Below, in pieces: positions 12,772 through 23,134 of a DNA stretch of 64,000 nt (its first letter is position 1; every line of letters starts with the position of its first letter). Location: the NCBI GenBank assembly GCA_022822375.1, contig JAJEBU010000126.1, positions 2,361-66,360 on the forward strand, written 5' to 3'. The DNA comes from Dehalococcoidia bacterium. Lineage in GTDB: Bacteria > Chloroflexota > Dehalococcoidia > Bin125. The position numbers and the translations under genes were made by a program. The notes under the pieces are model-generated. The model saw nothing but the letters and a program-made list of their open reading frames with translations. It ran no database searches and was not told the origin of the DNA.

Positions 12772-13714
12772 CCGGTGCGCCGAACCGTTGGCCGATGAGG
12801 TCTCGGGCGCCGCGTGCGAACTCCGCGGCGCTCAGTTCACGCTTGCCGGCTCGCTGCAGACGTGTGACTCGGAGCGTGCCGATGCCCGTCGCGGTCTCAA
12901 TGGCATCGTCAACGGCGAGGATCGAGCCCGGCGTCGCGTTGGACGTTGCGTCGGAGACGACTGCCTGCGCGATTCGCACCGACTCCGATCCGAGCGTCGT
13001 CATGGCGCCCGGCCACGGCGTGTACGCGCGGATGTGGCGCTCAATCTGTTCGGCCGACTGCGACCAATCGATGCGGCCATGTTGCTTCGTCACGCGACGC
13101 GCTCGTGTGGCCAGCGAGCTGTCTTGGCGCAACGGGGTGATCGAGCCGTCGATCCATGCAGGGATGGTTTCCAGGAGCAAAGCTGCGCCGATCGACGCGA
13201 GTCGACTGCTGAGGCTCTCGGCGGTCTCAGTGGCAGGGATCTGCGTCGACTGCTGGCGGACGATATCGCCGGTGTCTTCGGTCTCATCGACGAGCATGAT
13301 GGTGACACCGGTCTCGGCGTCGCCATGCAAGATGGCGGCCTGAACTGGAGATGCGCCCCGCCAACGAGGCAAGAGACTGGCGTGGACGTTGAGACTGCCG
13401 TGACTTGGGAGGTCCAGAATCTCCTTGGGGATCAACTGGCCGTAGGCGGCGACGATCTGCAGGTCGGGCTTCAGGCTGGCGATCTGGGCGACGGCGGCGC
13501 GCTCTCGCAGTCGGACTGGCTGAATGGCGGGGATGCCATGTTCGGCGGCGAGCGCTTTGGTCGGCGGTGGACGGAGCGTGCGGCCGCGCCCGGCTCGTGC
13601 GTCGGGCTGCGTGACCACGGCGATCGGGCGGTACTCGCTGTCGATCAGCGCCTGCAGCGTGGGCACCGCGAAGTCGGGCGATCCATAGAAGAGAACCCGA
13701 GGCAGGTGGGGCAT
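12764..13714 (-). CDS. fmt: methionyl-tRNA formyltransferase
   Basis: FYGSPDFA, VVTQPD...GRG, NVHASLLPRWRGASP, RAYTPWPG. Confidence 0.95.
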   Translation of the reverse strand: MPHLPRVLFYGSPDFAVPTLQALIDSEYRPIAVVTQPDARAGRGRTLRPPPTKALAAEHGIPAIQPVRLRERAAVAQIASLKPDLQIVAAYGQLIPKEILDLPSHGSLNVHASLLPRWRGASPVQAAILHGDAETGVTIMLVDETEDTGDIVRQQSTQIPATETAESLSSRLASIGAALLLETIPAWIDGSITPLRQDSSLATRARRVTKQHGRIDWSQSAEQIERHIRAYTPWPGAMTTLGSESVRIAQAVVSDATSNATPGSILAVDDAIETATGIGTLRVTRLQRAGKRELSAAEFARGARDLIGQRFGAPDD

Positions 13715-13730
13715 GTCTCTGGCGTCAGTG

Positions 13731-13955
13731 TCAGACGCGAACGGCAGCAATGCTGAGCCCGACGAAGATGAGCATCAGCACGATCGTGCCGCGAAACAGC
13801 GAGCGCTCGAGGCCGCGTCGAGTGCGGTAGCTGTCGCCACCGGCGCCGCCAAAGATGTTGCCCAGCCCCGCGCCTTTGGCCTGCAAGATCACCGCGCCGA
13901 TCACGACAAGCGCGACCAATATCTGGAAGATGTTGAGGATGTCTGAGATTTCCAC
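13731..13955 (-). CDS. secG: preprotein translocase subunit SecG
   Basis: Two TM helices, LQAKGAGLGNIFGG, RTRRGLE. Confidence 0.9.
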   Translation of the reverse strand: MEISDILNIFQILVALVVIGAVILQAKGAGLGNIFGGAGGDSYRTRRGLERSLFRGTIVLMLIFVGLSIAAVRV

Positions 13956-13982
13956 GGTCTGCGTCTCTGATGATGGTATGAC

Positions 13983-15389
13983 TCAGGAGGCTGGTACCGC
14001 GCGCTGGACGCGACGCGGCCGCACCCCGGCTTCACGGCTTTCATGGTACGCGGTCAGGATGGCATCGGCGAGCTTCGTGCTGTCGTGTCGGTAACGATTG
14101 CCCGCGTCGACCACATCAGCCTCGATGATCCGCGGCCATTCAGCGTGCTCAGCATCCGCGTCGAGATCGTCACTCTGGACCTGGACGGGCTGCGACTTCC
14201 AGCCGCGCGGCAGGCGGGCGCTCGTGTTGCTGTTGGCGATGACGCCGTCAAACGGAGTACCGCCGATGTGCTCGGCGATGACTCGCACGTGGTCCTGGAC
14301 GTTGAAATGATCAGTCTCGCCGTGCTGCGTGGCGACGTTGGAGACGTAGAGCTTCATCGCCGATGATTCTTGGAGGGCGATGCGCAGTTCGGGGACGAGC
14401 AGATTGGGCAGCACGGAGGTGAACAGCGAGCCGGGTCCGACCACGATCAGGTCAGCGTTGCGGATGGCGTTGAGCGTCTCGGGATAGGCCGGTGGATGCT
14501 GCGGCTCGAGTGTCAGTTGGGCGATGCGACGGCCGGCCTCGGTGATCGAAGACTCGCCCCGAATCGTGTCGCCGTCGGATGTCATGGCTGCCAGGCGGAT
14601 GTCCTCAAGGGTGGAAGGCAGAATCTTGCCGCGCACCGCGAGGACACGCCCGGTTTCGTGGATCGCCTCCTCCATCGAACCGGCAACGTCGCTCATCGCG
14701 ACCAGGAAGAGGTTGCCGAACGAGTGGCCCTCGAGTCCGTTGCCGGATCCTTCCGGAAAGCGGTACTGGAAGAGCCGCGTCATCAGCGGCTCGGCGTCGG
14801 CAAGCGCGGCGATGCAGTTGCGCAGATCACCGGGCGGGATGATGCCCAGATCGCGCCGAAGTCTGCCCGACGAGCCGCCGTCGTCGGCGACGCTGACCAC
14901 CGCCGAGAGATTGTCGGTGTACGCCTTCAATCCGCGCAGCAGCACAGAGAGTCCAGTGCCGCCGCCGACGCAGACGATGCGGATGCCGCGGCCAGCGACC
15001 CGCTGGCGGTGCAGCAGCTCCACCAGCGGTTCTTCCGCGCCGCTGCGCCGGTCAGATCGGGCAGCCACGACGAGTCCGCCAGTGAAACGCAGGATGCCGA
15101 ATCCGACGCAGAATACGGCGAGGCCGATCAGGATCACCCCGCGCACCGCGTAGGGCAAGAACTGCAGCGTGATGTAGTAGAACGCGCCCGGCAGCGTGAC
15201 TGACAGGTACAGCTCGCGCGCGAGGAACGAAACACCAAGGCCAAGCAGCGCCATGCCTAGCAGCAGCAGCAGGAACCAGCGCTTGACACCGATGCCAGGC
15301 TGGAGCCAACGGCGCAGGTGCTGGACGGTCCCGCCGTCGTTTGACGTAACGGCAGGAGAGAAATCAGGAAGTCGGAACCGCCTGAACAT
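13983..15389 (-). CDS. yvcK: YvcK/GlmR family UDP-GlcNAc-binding protein with N-terminal TM segments
   Basis: PGIGVKRW plus TM region, GGGTGL, DDGGSSGRLR, PPGDLRNC, GHSFGNL, GPGSLFTS, RHD. Confidence 0.9.
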   Translation of the reverse strand: MFRRFRLPDFSPAVTSNDGGTVQHLRRWLQPGIGVKRWFLLLLLGMALLGLGVSFLARELYLSVTLPGAFYYITLQFLPYAVRGVILIGLAVFCVGFGILRFTGGLVVAARSDRRSGAEEPLVELLHRQRVAGRGIRIVCVGGGTGLSVLLRGLKAYTDNLSAVVSVADDGGSSGRLRRDLGIIPPGDLRNCIAALADAEPLMTRLFQYRFPEGSGNGLEGHSFGNLFLVAMSDVAGSMEEAIHETGRVLAVRGKILPSTLEDIRLAAMTSDGDTIRGESSITEAGRRIAQLTLEPQHPPAYPETLNAIRNADLIVVGPGSLFTSVLPNLLVPELRIALQESSAMKLYVSNVATQHGETDHFNVQDHVRVIAEHIGGTPFDGVIANSNTSARLPRGWKSQPVQVQSDDLDADAEHAEWPRIIEADVVDAGNRYRHDSTKLADAILTAYHESREAGVRPRRVQRAVPAS

Positions 15390-15500
15390 GCGTCAAGTAT
15401 ACGACCACGCCGTCAGACGCGGTAGGGTATGCATTGCATCGCGCGGGCAATCTCCGCCGCCCGCGGGCGCGACAGTCCCAACTAGGAATGATGGAACACG

Positions 15501-16520
15501 ATGGAACAGCGGCGATTCGGCAACTCTGATCTGGTTGCCTCAGCGGTCGGATTCGGCACCTGGGAGATGAGCGGCAACATGTACGGTCACATCGACCGCA
15601 CCGAGGCCGCGCGCGCGGTCAACATGGCCATCGACCGCGGCATCACCCTGTTTGACACGGCAGAGGTCTACGGGCCCAACCACTCGGAGGAGCTGCTGGC
15701 CGAAGGGCTCGGCAGCCGTCGCAATGAGGTGGTGCTGGTCACCAAGGTCGGCTTCGACTACAACGATGTCCCCCAGGTGATCGGCCTGAACTCGAAGAAG
15801 GATCACATCATCGAGCACACTGAGGGCTGCCTGCGTCGGCTCCAGACCGACTACGTCGACCTGATGCTGATTCACTGGCCCGATCACGACACTCCGTTCG
15901 ACGAGACGATGGAAGGCCTCGAAGAGCTGAAGCAGGCCGGCAAGATTCGCCACTACGGCGTCTCCAACTTCAACATCGACATGATGGAGGAGTGCCAACA
16001 GCACGGCACGATCGTCGCCAACCAGGTCGGCTATCACATGTTCGACCGGCGGATGGAATCTCGCGTGCTCCCGTGGTGCATGGCCAACGGCGTCGGCTTC
16101 ATGTCCTACGGATCGCTGGCATTCGGCCTGCTGACCGGCGCGTTCCAGCCCGATCACCAGTTCGAAGAGGGCGACTGGCGTGGCAATGGTGTCGCCTTCA
16201 ACCTGCCGCTGTTCGAGGGCGAGCGGTTCAACCAGGAAGTCGAGATTGCCAACCGGCTCAACGAGCTCGCTGACGGCTACGGCAAGACAGTCGCGCAGCT
16301 CGGCATCGCCTGGGTGCTGGACCATCCCGGCGTCAGCTGCGCGCTGGTCGGCATGAGGAACGAGCGTGAGCTCGAAGAGAACGTCGCCGCGACCGACTGG
16401 AAGCTGACCGAGGAGATTCGCAGCGGGATCAACGAAATCTTCGAAGACGTCGGCGTCCCGACGTATCAGAATCTCGACCAGGTCGTCCACGTCGGCCGGG
16501 CCACGGGTCGGCGGCGCTAG
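15501..16520 (+). CDS. aldo/keto reductase
   Basis: FDTAEVYG, TK, LRRLQTDYVDL, HWP, GKIRHYGVSNF. Confidence 0.92.
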   Translation: MEQRRFGNSDLVASAVGFGTWEMSGNMYGHIDRTEAARAVNMAIDRGITLFDTAEVYGPNHSEELLAEGLGSRRNEVVLVTKVGFDYNDVPQVIGLNSKKDHIIEHTEGCLRRLQTDYVDLMLIHWPDHDTPFDETMEGLEELKQAGKIRHYGVSNFNIDMMEECQQHGTIVANQVGYHMFDRRMESRVLPWCMANGVGFMSYGSLAFGLLTGAFQPDHQFEEGDWRGNGVAFNLPLFEGERFNQEVEIANRLNELADGYGKTVAQLGIAWVLDHPGVSCALVGMRNERELEENVAATDWKLTEEIRSGINEIFEDVGVPTYQNLDQVVHVGRATGRRR

Positions 16521-16549
16521 CGTCCGAGCCGAGCGCTGCGCAGAGCTGC

Positions 16550-18040
16550 TCAGTCGCTGCCCAGCGCAGCGACGAGCAGCTCAGACGCCTGCTGAGGGTT
16601 CGCCTGACCTCTGGAGTGGCGCATCACCTGTCCGACGAGGTACTTGAGCGCGGCTTCCTTGCCGCTGCGATAGTCATCGACCGCTGAGTCGTTGTCGGCG
16701 ATCACTTGCTGGATGATCGGCGACAGCGCGTCCTCGCCGCTGATCTGCGTCAGACCCTTGGCCTTGACGACCGTCGCTGGCGTATCGCCGGTCTCATACA
16801 TCGCCTCGAAGACCGTTCTGGCCTGGCTGCGGGAAATGTCACCGCCGACGATGAGCCCGACCAGGTCGGCGATGTGCGTCGGTGTGATCGGCTGTGCATC
16901 GAGCTCCGGGTGTGCGAGGTCCTTGTTGATCTGCGCGAAGAGATCGCCCGTGATCCAGTTCGCTGCCTCGCGCGCATTCGACGGATCATCGAGCGCGGCA
17001 ACGGCCGCGTCGAAGTAGTCAGCGCGCGCTGGCTCCTCGGTCAGTAGATTCGCCTCGAACTCACCGAGACCATACTCGGACTGGAAACGCGCGACACGTT
17101 GGTCCGGCAGCTCGGGAAGCTCGCCGCGGATCCGTTCGACCGCTTCACGAGTGATCGACAGCGGCGGGAGGTCTGGCTCGGGGAAGTAGCGATAGTCATG
17201 CGCTTCTTCTTTGGATCGCTGCGAGAGCGTGATCTGTCGGTCCTCGTCCCAGCCGCGCGTTTCCTGGTCGATCACGCCGCCCGCTCGCAACACGGCCGCT
17301 TGGCGCACGACTTCGTGCTCCAGCGCGCTGTGGACGCCGCGGAAGGAGTTCATGTTCTTGATTTCGACCTTGGCACCGTACTCATCAGCGCCCACTGGCC
17401 GCAGCGAGACGTTGGCGTCGCAGCGGAAGGAACCTTTTTCCATATCCGCCGTGGAGACGCCGAGGTAGCGCAGGATTTGCCGCAGCTGGACTAGATAGAC
17501 GCGCGCCTCGTCGGGCGAGCGCATGTCGGGCTCGGAGACGATCTCCATCAGCGGCACCCCCGAGCGATTGACATCGACGAGGGAGTAGCGTTCGCCGGCT
17601 TCGTTCTCGCGATGCAGCAGCCGGGCTGTGTCCTCCTCGAGGTGGACGCGCGTGATGCCGATCCGCCGCAGGCCCAGGTCTTCCGTCTCGACATCCATCC
17701 AGCCGCCCTCCGATAGCGGCATGTCGTACTGCGAAATCTGGTAGCCCTTCATCAGGTCGGGATAGGGGTAGTTCTTGCGATCAAACTTGGACAGCTCGGG
17801 GATGGTCATGTTGAGCGCGAGCGCCGTGCGAATGGTCCACTCGACCGCGGTGCGATTGATCACCGGCAGGGTGCCCGGCATGCCCAGACAAAGCGGGCAC
17901 ACGAAGGTGTTGGGCTCGGCCGATGCGTAGTCCGCCGGGCAGCGGCAGAACATTTTGCTTTGGGTACGCAACTGGCAATGGACTTCGAGGCCGATGACTG
18001 TCTCAAACTCGGTCGCAGCGTCGGGCGTCGTTGTGGTCAT
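16550..18040 (-). CDS. gatB: Asp/Glu-tRNA amidotransferase subunit B
   Basis: [47 protein letters not shown]. Confidence 0.96.
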   Translation of the reverse strand: MTTTTPDAATEFETVIGLEVHCQLRTQSKMFCRCPADYASAEPNTFVCPLCLGMPGTLPVINRTAVEWTIRTALALNMTIPELSKFDRKNYPYPDLMKGYQISQYDMPLSEGGWMDVETEDLGLRRIGITRVHLEEDTARLLHRENEAGERYSLVDVNRSGVPLMEIVSEPDMRSPDEARVYLVQLRQILRYLGVSTADMEKGSFRCDANVSLRPVGADEYGAKVEIKNMNSFRGVHSALEHEVVRQAAVLRAGGVIDQETRGWDEDRQITLSQRSKEEAHDYRYFPEPDLPPLSITREAVERIRGELPELPDQRVARFQSEYGLGEFEANLLTEEPARADYFDAAVAALDDPSNAREAANWITGDLFAQINKDLAHPELDAQPITPTHIADLVGLIVGGDISRSQARTVFEAMYETGDTPATVVKAKGLTQISGEDALSPIIQQVIADNDSAVDDYRSGKEAALKYLVGQVMRHSRGQANPQQASELLVAALGSD

Positions 18041-18135
18041 GTATGTCAGTGTACGCGCAGACCATGAGCAAGCTGCTGCTAGTCTGCGAGCACGAGTCTG
18101 CCGCGTGGGAGCGGCGCTGGGAGTCTCTGCACGAC

Positions 18136-18972
18136 ATGAGTACTGATGTCTATCCGCCGCGGGCCGGGCTGCCGCAGGCGACGTCCGAAGTCCGACCGCT
18201 GCGGATGCTGCACACGTCCGATGTCCATCTCGGCGCGTACACCTCGCAGCCATACAGAGACGAAGGCCACGGCGAGCAGCTTGAGCCCGCGCTGGCAGCC
18301 TTCAAGCACGTGCTCGAGCTGGGCGTGAAGGCGGATGTCGAGGTGGTTGCGATTGCCGGCGACTTCTTCGATCACGTGCGGGTCAAACGGCCGTACGTCG
18401 AGGTCGCGGGCGAACTGATGGCGGCGGTCGAGCGACCGGTCGTGATCTTGCCCGGCAACCACGACCCGCACATGCCCGAGGGCATCTACGAGAAATTCGC
18501 CGACGCCTTTCCCTCCAATGTGCACATCATTGCCTCCGCAGAGGGAGAGCTCGTGTTGCTGGAGGACGTTGGCGTTCAATTCTGGGGTCAGGCGCACGAG
18601 AGCTACAACGACTTCTCGCCGGCATCGGCGCGGCCGGCTTGGGCTCACAGTAGCGAGCAGTACATCTGGCGCGTCGCGATGGCGCACGGCTACTACGTGG
18701 GCATGGGCGAGTCCCGCTATTCCTACCAGATTCGCGCCTCAGAAATCACCTCGATGGAGGCCGACTATGTCGCGCTCGGCCATATCGATGTCCACGAGGG
18801 CGTCGGCGAGGGTGGCGTGCCCGCCTACTACCCCGGCGCGCCGAGACACTCGGGCGGCGCAACGATCGTGGACTTCGCAGCCGACGGCGTGACCGTCCGA
18901 CACGAAATGCACGATGGCGCCGCCGACGATCCGCAATCACCGAATCCGATGATGGCCGCCCGCCTGCACTAA
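18136..18972 (+). CDS. calcineurin-like metallophosphoesterase (SbcD/Mre11/YhaO-like)
   Basis: [28 protein letters not shown]. Confidence 0.82.
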   Translation: MSTDVYPPRAGLPQATSEVRPLRMLHTSDVHLGAYTSQPYRDEGHGEQLEPALAAFKHVLELGVKADVEVVAIAGDFFDHVRVKRPYVEVAGELMAAVERPVVILPGNHDPHMPEGIYEKFADAFPSNVHIIASAEGELVLLEDVGVQFWGQAHESYNDFSPASARPAWAHSSEQYIWRVAMAHGYYVGMGESRYSYQIRASEITSMEADYVALGHIDVHEGVGEGGVPAYYPGAPRHSGGATIVDFAADGVTVRHEMHDGAADDPQSPNPMMAARLH

Positions 18973-19028
18973 CGTTCCCGCCCCTGTGTGAACGAGTGAG
19001 GACCGCGGGCGACAAGACAGGAGACGCC

Positions 19029-20018
19029 GTGAGCTTTCGAGCATTCGTGGTGACGAAGGATGATGACAACTTCGCCGCGTCGGTCCAGATGCTGGACGAC
19101 GCTGACCTGCCGGATGGCGACGTCACCGTCGCGGTTGAGTGGTCCGACCTGAACTACAAGGACGGCCTGGCCTGCACACCAAACGGCCGCGTCGTGACGT
19201 CCTATCCGATGACGCTGGGCATCGACTTTGCCGGAACGGTTGTCGAGTCGTCTGATGCCCGCTACGCCGTGGGAGACTCGGTCGTCGCGACCGGCTACGA
19301 CCTCGGTACGGGACATCCCGGCGGCTATGCCGAGCGGGTGCGCGTGCCAGGCGATTGGCTCTCGCCCATGCCCAAGGCGATGACGTCGGAAGAGGCGATG
19401 GTGCTCGGCACGGCGGGCATCACTGCGGCGATGTCGATTGACGCGATTGAGCGAGCCGGCATTGGACCCGATGCAGGCCCGGTGATGGTCAGCGGCGCGA
19501 CAGGCGGCGTTGGCTCTACGGCGGTTGCCATGCTCGCCGCCCGTGGCTACACCGTCCACGCGAGCACGGGCAAAGTCGCCGAGCACGATTTCCTGCGCGA
19601 CCTGGGCGCCTCGGAGATCCTCGACCGCGAGGAACTGGCTGCGGAGTCTCGGCGTCCGCTGGAGCGCGAGCGCTGGGCAGCCGCCGTTGATCCGGTCGGA
19701 GGCTCGACCACGGTCTCGCTGCTGCGTCAGACGAAGTACGGCGGGGTGGTTGCCCTGTCGGGACTGACCGGCGGTGCGGGCATCTCGACGACGGTCATGC
19801 CGTTCATCCTGCGCGGTGTCACGTTGGCAGGCATCGAATCGGTCTATTGGCCGGGCGATGATCGACCGCGCTTGTGGGCGCGCATGGCCGAGGACTTCAG
19901 CGGCGGCAACCTGCTCGATCTGGTGGAATCTCGGATCGGCCTCGAGGATGTGCCCGAGGCCGCCGCCAAGATTCTCGGCGGCGGCGTGCGCGGGCGAATC
20001 CTCGTTCGACCGGCATAG
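19029..20018 (+). CDS. acuI: acryloyl-CoA reductase / YhdH-type MDR oxidoreductase
   Basis: LNYKDGL, GIDFAG, GGYAE, GTAG, GATGGVGS, MPFILRGV, RGR; GTG start after AGGAG. Confidence 0.85.
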   Translation: MSFRAFVVTKDDDNFAASVQMLDDADLPDGDVTVAVEWSDLNYKDGLACTPNGRVVTSYPMTLGIDFAGTVVESSDARYAVGDSVVATGYDLGTGHPGGYAERVRVPGDWLSPMPKAMTSEEAMVLGTAGITAAMSIDAIERAGIGPDAGPVMVSGATGGVGSTAVAMLAARGYTVHASTGKVAEHDFLRDLGASEILDREELAAESRRPLERERWAAAVDPVGGSTTVSLLRQTKYGGVVALSGLTGGAGISTTVMPFILRGVTLAGIESVYWPGDDRPRLWARMAEDFSGGNLLDLVESRIGLEDVPEAAAKILGGGVRGRILVRPA

Positions 20019-20032
20019 CTTGGAGGCTTGAT

Positions 20033-20968
20033 ATGCAGATTGGCATCTTCATTGGCGGGGCGGGCCCGGCCGACAGCGTTCGTGACGTCGTGGCGCAAGC
20101 CCAACGAGCCGAAGCAGCCGGATTCTCGACCTTTGGCATGGCCAACATCTTCTCGCACGACGCGATGGGCGCTTTGACTCTGGCCGCGGCCGAGACCGAG
20201 CGCATCGAGTTGATGACGGCCGTCGTGCCGACCTATCCGCGTCACCCGCATGCGATGGCTCAGCAGGCGCTGACCGTGCAGGCGGCGTCAGGCGGAAGGC
20301 GCTTCGTGCTCGGCATCGGACTGTCCCACCAGATTGTGATCGAGGGCATGTTCGGTTACTCGTTCGACCGTCCCGCGCGTCACATGACGGAGTACCTCGA
20401 TGTGCTCCTGCCGTTGCTCAACGGCGAGCCCGTGCGCACCGATGGCGAACACTACCGCGGTCAGGTGTCGCTGGACATTCCTGATGCCGAGAAGCCAGTC
20501 TCCTGCATGCTCGCCGCGATGGGACCCGTCATGCTCAAGCTGGCCGGTGCGCGGACTGACGGCACCATCCTCTGGATGACCGCAGCATCGGTCGTCGAGA
20601 GCTACATTGCGCCCACGATGAACGCCGCTGCGGCGGCGGCTGGCCGGCCCACGCCGCGTACGGTGGTGGGATTGCCAATCATGCTCGGCGGCGATGTCGA
20701 CGCGATGCGCGAGACTGCGGCAGCGCAGTTCTCCAACTACGGCAATCTGCCGTCGTACCGCTCGATGCTGGACAAACAGGGCGCGGCCAATCCCGAGGAC
20801 GTGGCGATCCTGGGCAGCGAAGAGCAGATCGAAACGCAGCTGCGTCAGCTGCGGGACGCGGGCGCGACCGATTTCGTCGGCGTCACCTTCGGCTCGGATG
20901 ATGCGCGGTCGCGGACAGAGGCGTTTCTCGCCTCATTGGCACCGTCGCTCCAGACAGAGCGAAGCTGA
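20033..20968 (+). CDS. LLM (luciferase-like) class, probably F420-dependent oxidoreductase
   Basis: AEAAGF, TAVVPTYPRHP, LGIGLSH, AAMGPVMLKLAG..DG; GGAGG ribosome-binding site. Confidence 0.88.
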   Translation: MQIGIFIGGAGPADSVRDVVAQAQRAEAAGFSTFGMANIFSHDAMGALTLAAAETERIELMTAVVPTYPRHPHAMAQQALTVQAASGGRRFVLGIGLSHQIVIEGMFGYSFDRPARHMTEYLDVLLPLLNGEPVRTDGEHYRGQVSLDIPDAEKPVSCMLAAMGPVMLKLAGARTDGTILWMTAASVVESYIAPTMNAAAAAAGRPTPRTVVGLPIMLGGDVDAMRETAAAQFSNYGNLPSYRSMLDKQGAANPEDVAILGSEEQIETQLRQLRDAGATDFVGVTFGSDDARSRTEAFLASLAPSLQTERS

Positions 20969-20993
20969 GCACGTCCCGCTCGCAGGCCTGGGC

Positions 20994-23078
20994 CTACTCG
21001 ATGTAGTCGCGGAGGCGCGTGGCGCGCGAAGGATGACGCAGCTGTCGCAGCGCTTTCGCCTCGATCTGGCGAATCCGCTCTCGAGTGACGTTGAAGTCGC
21101 GGCCGACCTCTTCGAGCGTGCGGGCACGGCCGTCTCCGAGTCCGAAGCGCAGCTGCAGCACCTCACGCTCGCGCGGGAGGAGTGAATCGAGGACGGCGCC
21201 GACCGTCTCCTTGAGCAGCTGCTGACCGGCGGCCGCGTCGGGCGGCGTGGTCTTGTCGTCCTCCACGAAGTCGCCCAGATGACTGTCGTCTTCCTCGCCG
21301 ATCGGTGTTTCGAGCGAGACGGGCTCCTGCGAGACCTTGATGATCTCGCGTACGCGCTGGGCGTCGACACCCATACCCTCGCCGATCTCTTCGAATGTCG
21401 GCTCGCGGCCCAGTTCCTGCACGAGCCGGCGTGAGACGCGGACCTGTTTGTTGATCGTCTCCACCATGTGGACCGGGATGCGAATCGTCCGTGCCTGATC
21501 CGCGATCGCTCGGGTGATCGCCTGGCGAATCCACCATGTCGCATAGGTCGAGAACTTGTAGCCCTTGCGGTAGTCGAACTTTTCGACGGCGCGGACGAGG
21601 CCGATGTTGCCCTCCTGAATCAGGTCGAGCATCGACATGCCGCGTCCGATGTATTTCTTCGCGACGGACACGACCAGCCGCAGATTGGCCTCGGTCAGGC
21701 GTTTCTCCGAGAGGTACGCGTCCTCCTTGAGCACGCCGATCCGTCGTTCACAGCGCAGCGCGACGGTCTCGAGTCGGCTGTCGAGGTCGTTCGGACAGGG
21801 GATGAGGTTCTCGATCCCGTCGGTCGCGCGCAGCAGATGCCGCACGTGCCGCTCGTTGAAGATGTGCGTGACGACGGAGACTTGAACCAGACGTTCCTCG
21901 GCACGGGCTTCGTCATATGCCTCGTCAGCTGCACCAAAGATCGTGACCAACGCCTCGCGCAGATCAGGGTCCATCTCCTGGTCGACGCGCTCGCGGAAGG
22001 TCTGATGCTTGGTCAGATCGAAGAGTGAGAGATCGGCGCAGTCAATCTGCTCGGCGATGACGGCGATTTCCGGCAGCAGCGACTCCAACTGCAAGAGCAG
22101 ATAGATCGTCACTTCGATGGCGTTCGGCGCGCGGCCGTTCTGGATGCGCCACTCCTCTTCGAAGTCCCGGATCCAGTTTCCTTCTTCCATCTGTCGTGAG
22201 AGTTCGCGCTCATCTTCTGCCTTGAGCAGGTTGACGCGGCCAATCTCACGCAGATACATGCGGACCGGATCGTCGACGCCGTCCGCCTCTTCGTGAACGT
22301 TCTGTCGGCCTTCTTTGCGCAGTTCAATGATGCGACGGGAGCCGACATCCTTGCTGCGTTCGTAGAGGTCCACGGTGGGAATCTCAACCTCTGCCGCGGC
22401 CTTCTTGCTGCGACGGCGGCTCTTGCCGGTTGCAGCGCCCTTGCGGCGGGTGTTCTTCTTCGGCGTCGGATCGGGCCGCGGCTGCAGGGGACGGTCGAGG
22501 GCCGCCAGCAGTTCGCCAATCTTTTGCTTGTCCTCGTCGGTCTCTTCGCCGTTGAGCGTAAAGTTGGCGACGGCGGCGTGCGAAATCTGACGCTCCTCGT
22601 GCATCTTGGCCTGATTGCGCCGTTCGGCGGCCTTCTTCGGCGTCGGCGCGGCCTTGGTCGATTTCTTGGTCGTGCGCTTGGGCTGCTCGGCGAGGTTGAT
22701 GGTGCGTCGGCCGGCGGGCATCGAGAACTCGTCGACCGGTGCGGTCAGCGCACGCACCCGCGCTTCTTCTTCCGACTGCGCCACGGCGCGCGGCTTTCGC
22801 TGACCCGGCGCCTCCGCCGTCATGCGCCGGTCGCCCAACTGGTCGTGGACGAGCTGGCGGAGGCGGCCCACGATGTGATCGCCCAGTTCGGCCGAGCGGG
22901 CTCGTTCGGCCAACACGGCGGCGGAGGCGACTGGTTGCTTGGGCTTTCGCTTCGTCGAGCGTCTGCGAGCGGGCCGCGCGCGTCCGCCGCCGCCGTTGGA
23001 CCGATTGCCGGCCGCTTCCGAAGTCGGGGCCGTCTTGATCGGAGCAGACTTGGCCTCGTCAACGTTGGCTGTGGTCAT
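20994..23078 (-). CDS. rpoD: primary sigma factor RpoD with long basic N-terminal extension
   Basis: [61 protein letters not shown]. Confidence 0.96.
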   Translation of the reverse strand: MTTANVDEAKSAPIKTAPTSEAAGNRSNGGGGRARPARRRSTKRKPKQPVASAAVLAERARSAELGDHIVGRLRQLVHDQLGDRRMTAEAPGQRKPRAVAQSEEEARVRALTAPVDEFSMPAGRRTINLAEQPKRTTKKSTKAAPTPKKAAERRNQAKMHEERQISHAAVANFTLNGEETDEDKQKIGELLAALDRPLQPRPDPTPKKNTRRKGAATGKSRRRSKKAAAEVEIPTVDLYERSKDVGSRRIIELRKEGRQNVHEEADGVDDPVRMYLREIGRVNLLKAEDERELSRQMEEGNWIRDFEEEWRIQNGRAPNAIEVTIYLLLQLESLLPEIAVIAEQIDCADLSLFDLTKHQTFRERVDQEMDPDLREALVTIFGAADEAYDEARAEERLVQVSVVTHIFNERHVRHLLRATDGIENLIPCPNDLDSRLETVALRCERRIGVLKEDAYLSEKRLTEANLRLVVSVAKKYIGRGMSMLDLIQEGNIGLVRAVEKFDYRKGYKFSTYATWWIRQAITRAIADQARTIRIPVHMVETINKQVRVSRRLVQELGREPTFEEIGEGMGVDAQRVREIIKVSQEPVSLETPIGEEDDSHLGDFVEDDKTTPPDAAAGQQLLKETVGAVLDSLLPREREVLQLRFGLGDGRARTLEEVGRDFNVTRERIRQIEAKALRQLRHPSRATRLRDYIE

Positions 23079-23134
23079 GCGTCGCGCCTCTCCTGTTGGT
23101 GCAACGTCCTGCCGACTCTGGTGCGGCCAGAGAA

